Below the pieces are notes generated by a model. The model was not told the DNA's origin and did not search any database. It saw only the letters and a program-made list of their open reading frames with translations. A DNA stretch of 62,582 nt, counting the filler, from Choristocarpus tenellus KU-1152 (taxonomy: Eukaryota; Protista; Phaeophyceae), in NCBI GenBank assembly GCA_964200185.2. It is 10 parts of 10 records of this genome, joined end to end, with 100 filler letters (N's around TTAATTAATTAA, not from the genome) between each part and the next. Parts side by side here need not be neighbours in the genome. Positions count along the whole stretch, not along the records: positions 53,939 to 62,582 come from CAXNAD020004494.1; 9 more parts are not named here. The stretch is one strand, 5' to 3'. Below, in pieces: positions 62,508 through 62,582 of the stretch. How positions within the stretch are numbered: the stretch's first letter is position 1; every line of letters starts with the position of its first letter. The translations under genes and the position numbers were made by a program.

Positions 62508-62582
62508 GGCTCAAAGTATCTGGGAGGGGGTGGGGGCTGTCCATTTGGGGTCAATTTTTTTATGTCGCGATTTTTGGGTTAT
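62508..62582 (+). mobile_element. MITE family B, truncated by window end
   Basis: GGCTCAAAGTATCTGGGAGGGGG...GCTGTCCATTTGGGGTCAATTTT. Confidence 0.88.

Overview
This is eukaryotic nuclear DNA, not prokaryotic. Intron-rich genes (GT-AG, at least one GC-AG), signal-peptide plus 'S-F' bipartite plastid presequences and TTAGGG-like repeats point to a photosynthetic stramenopile, probably brown-algal or a close ochrophyte (inference). The window is ten unrelated short contigs joined by an artificial 100-bp linker (N44-TTAATTAATTAA-N44), so no synteny holds across linkers. Recognisable genes: SCO1/SenC (complete, 3 exons), a DWF7/ERG3-like sterol C5-desaturase, a plastid-targeted DUF4336 protein, part of a giant 'EVQ-x-I' repeat surface protein, a putative type II membrane glycosyltransferase-like protein, a possible uroporphyrinogen decarboxylase first exon, and several unknown genes. 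The most unusual coding feature is a membrane protein joining two all-Cys RING-like fingers, a TM helix and a reelin-repeat-like domain with an Asp-box. Non-coding DNA is dominated by short non-autonomous DNA transposons. At least three families with unrelated interiors share the terminal core CAAAGTATCT and 4-bp TSDs (Sola2-like). One copy is nested in another, and one interrupts a decayed Sola2-type transposase. Other relics include an LTR protease, a gag knuckle, an RLE-type LINE and possible piggyBac fragments. No CRISPR, rRNA or intact tRNA was found. All assignments come from motif recognition by eye; no searches were run.
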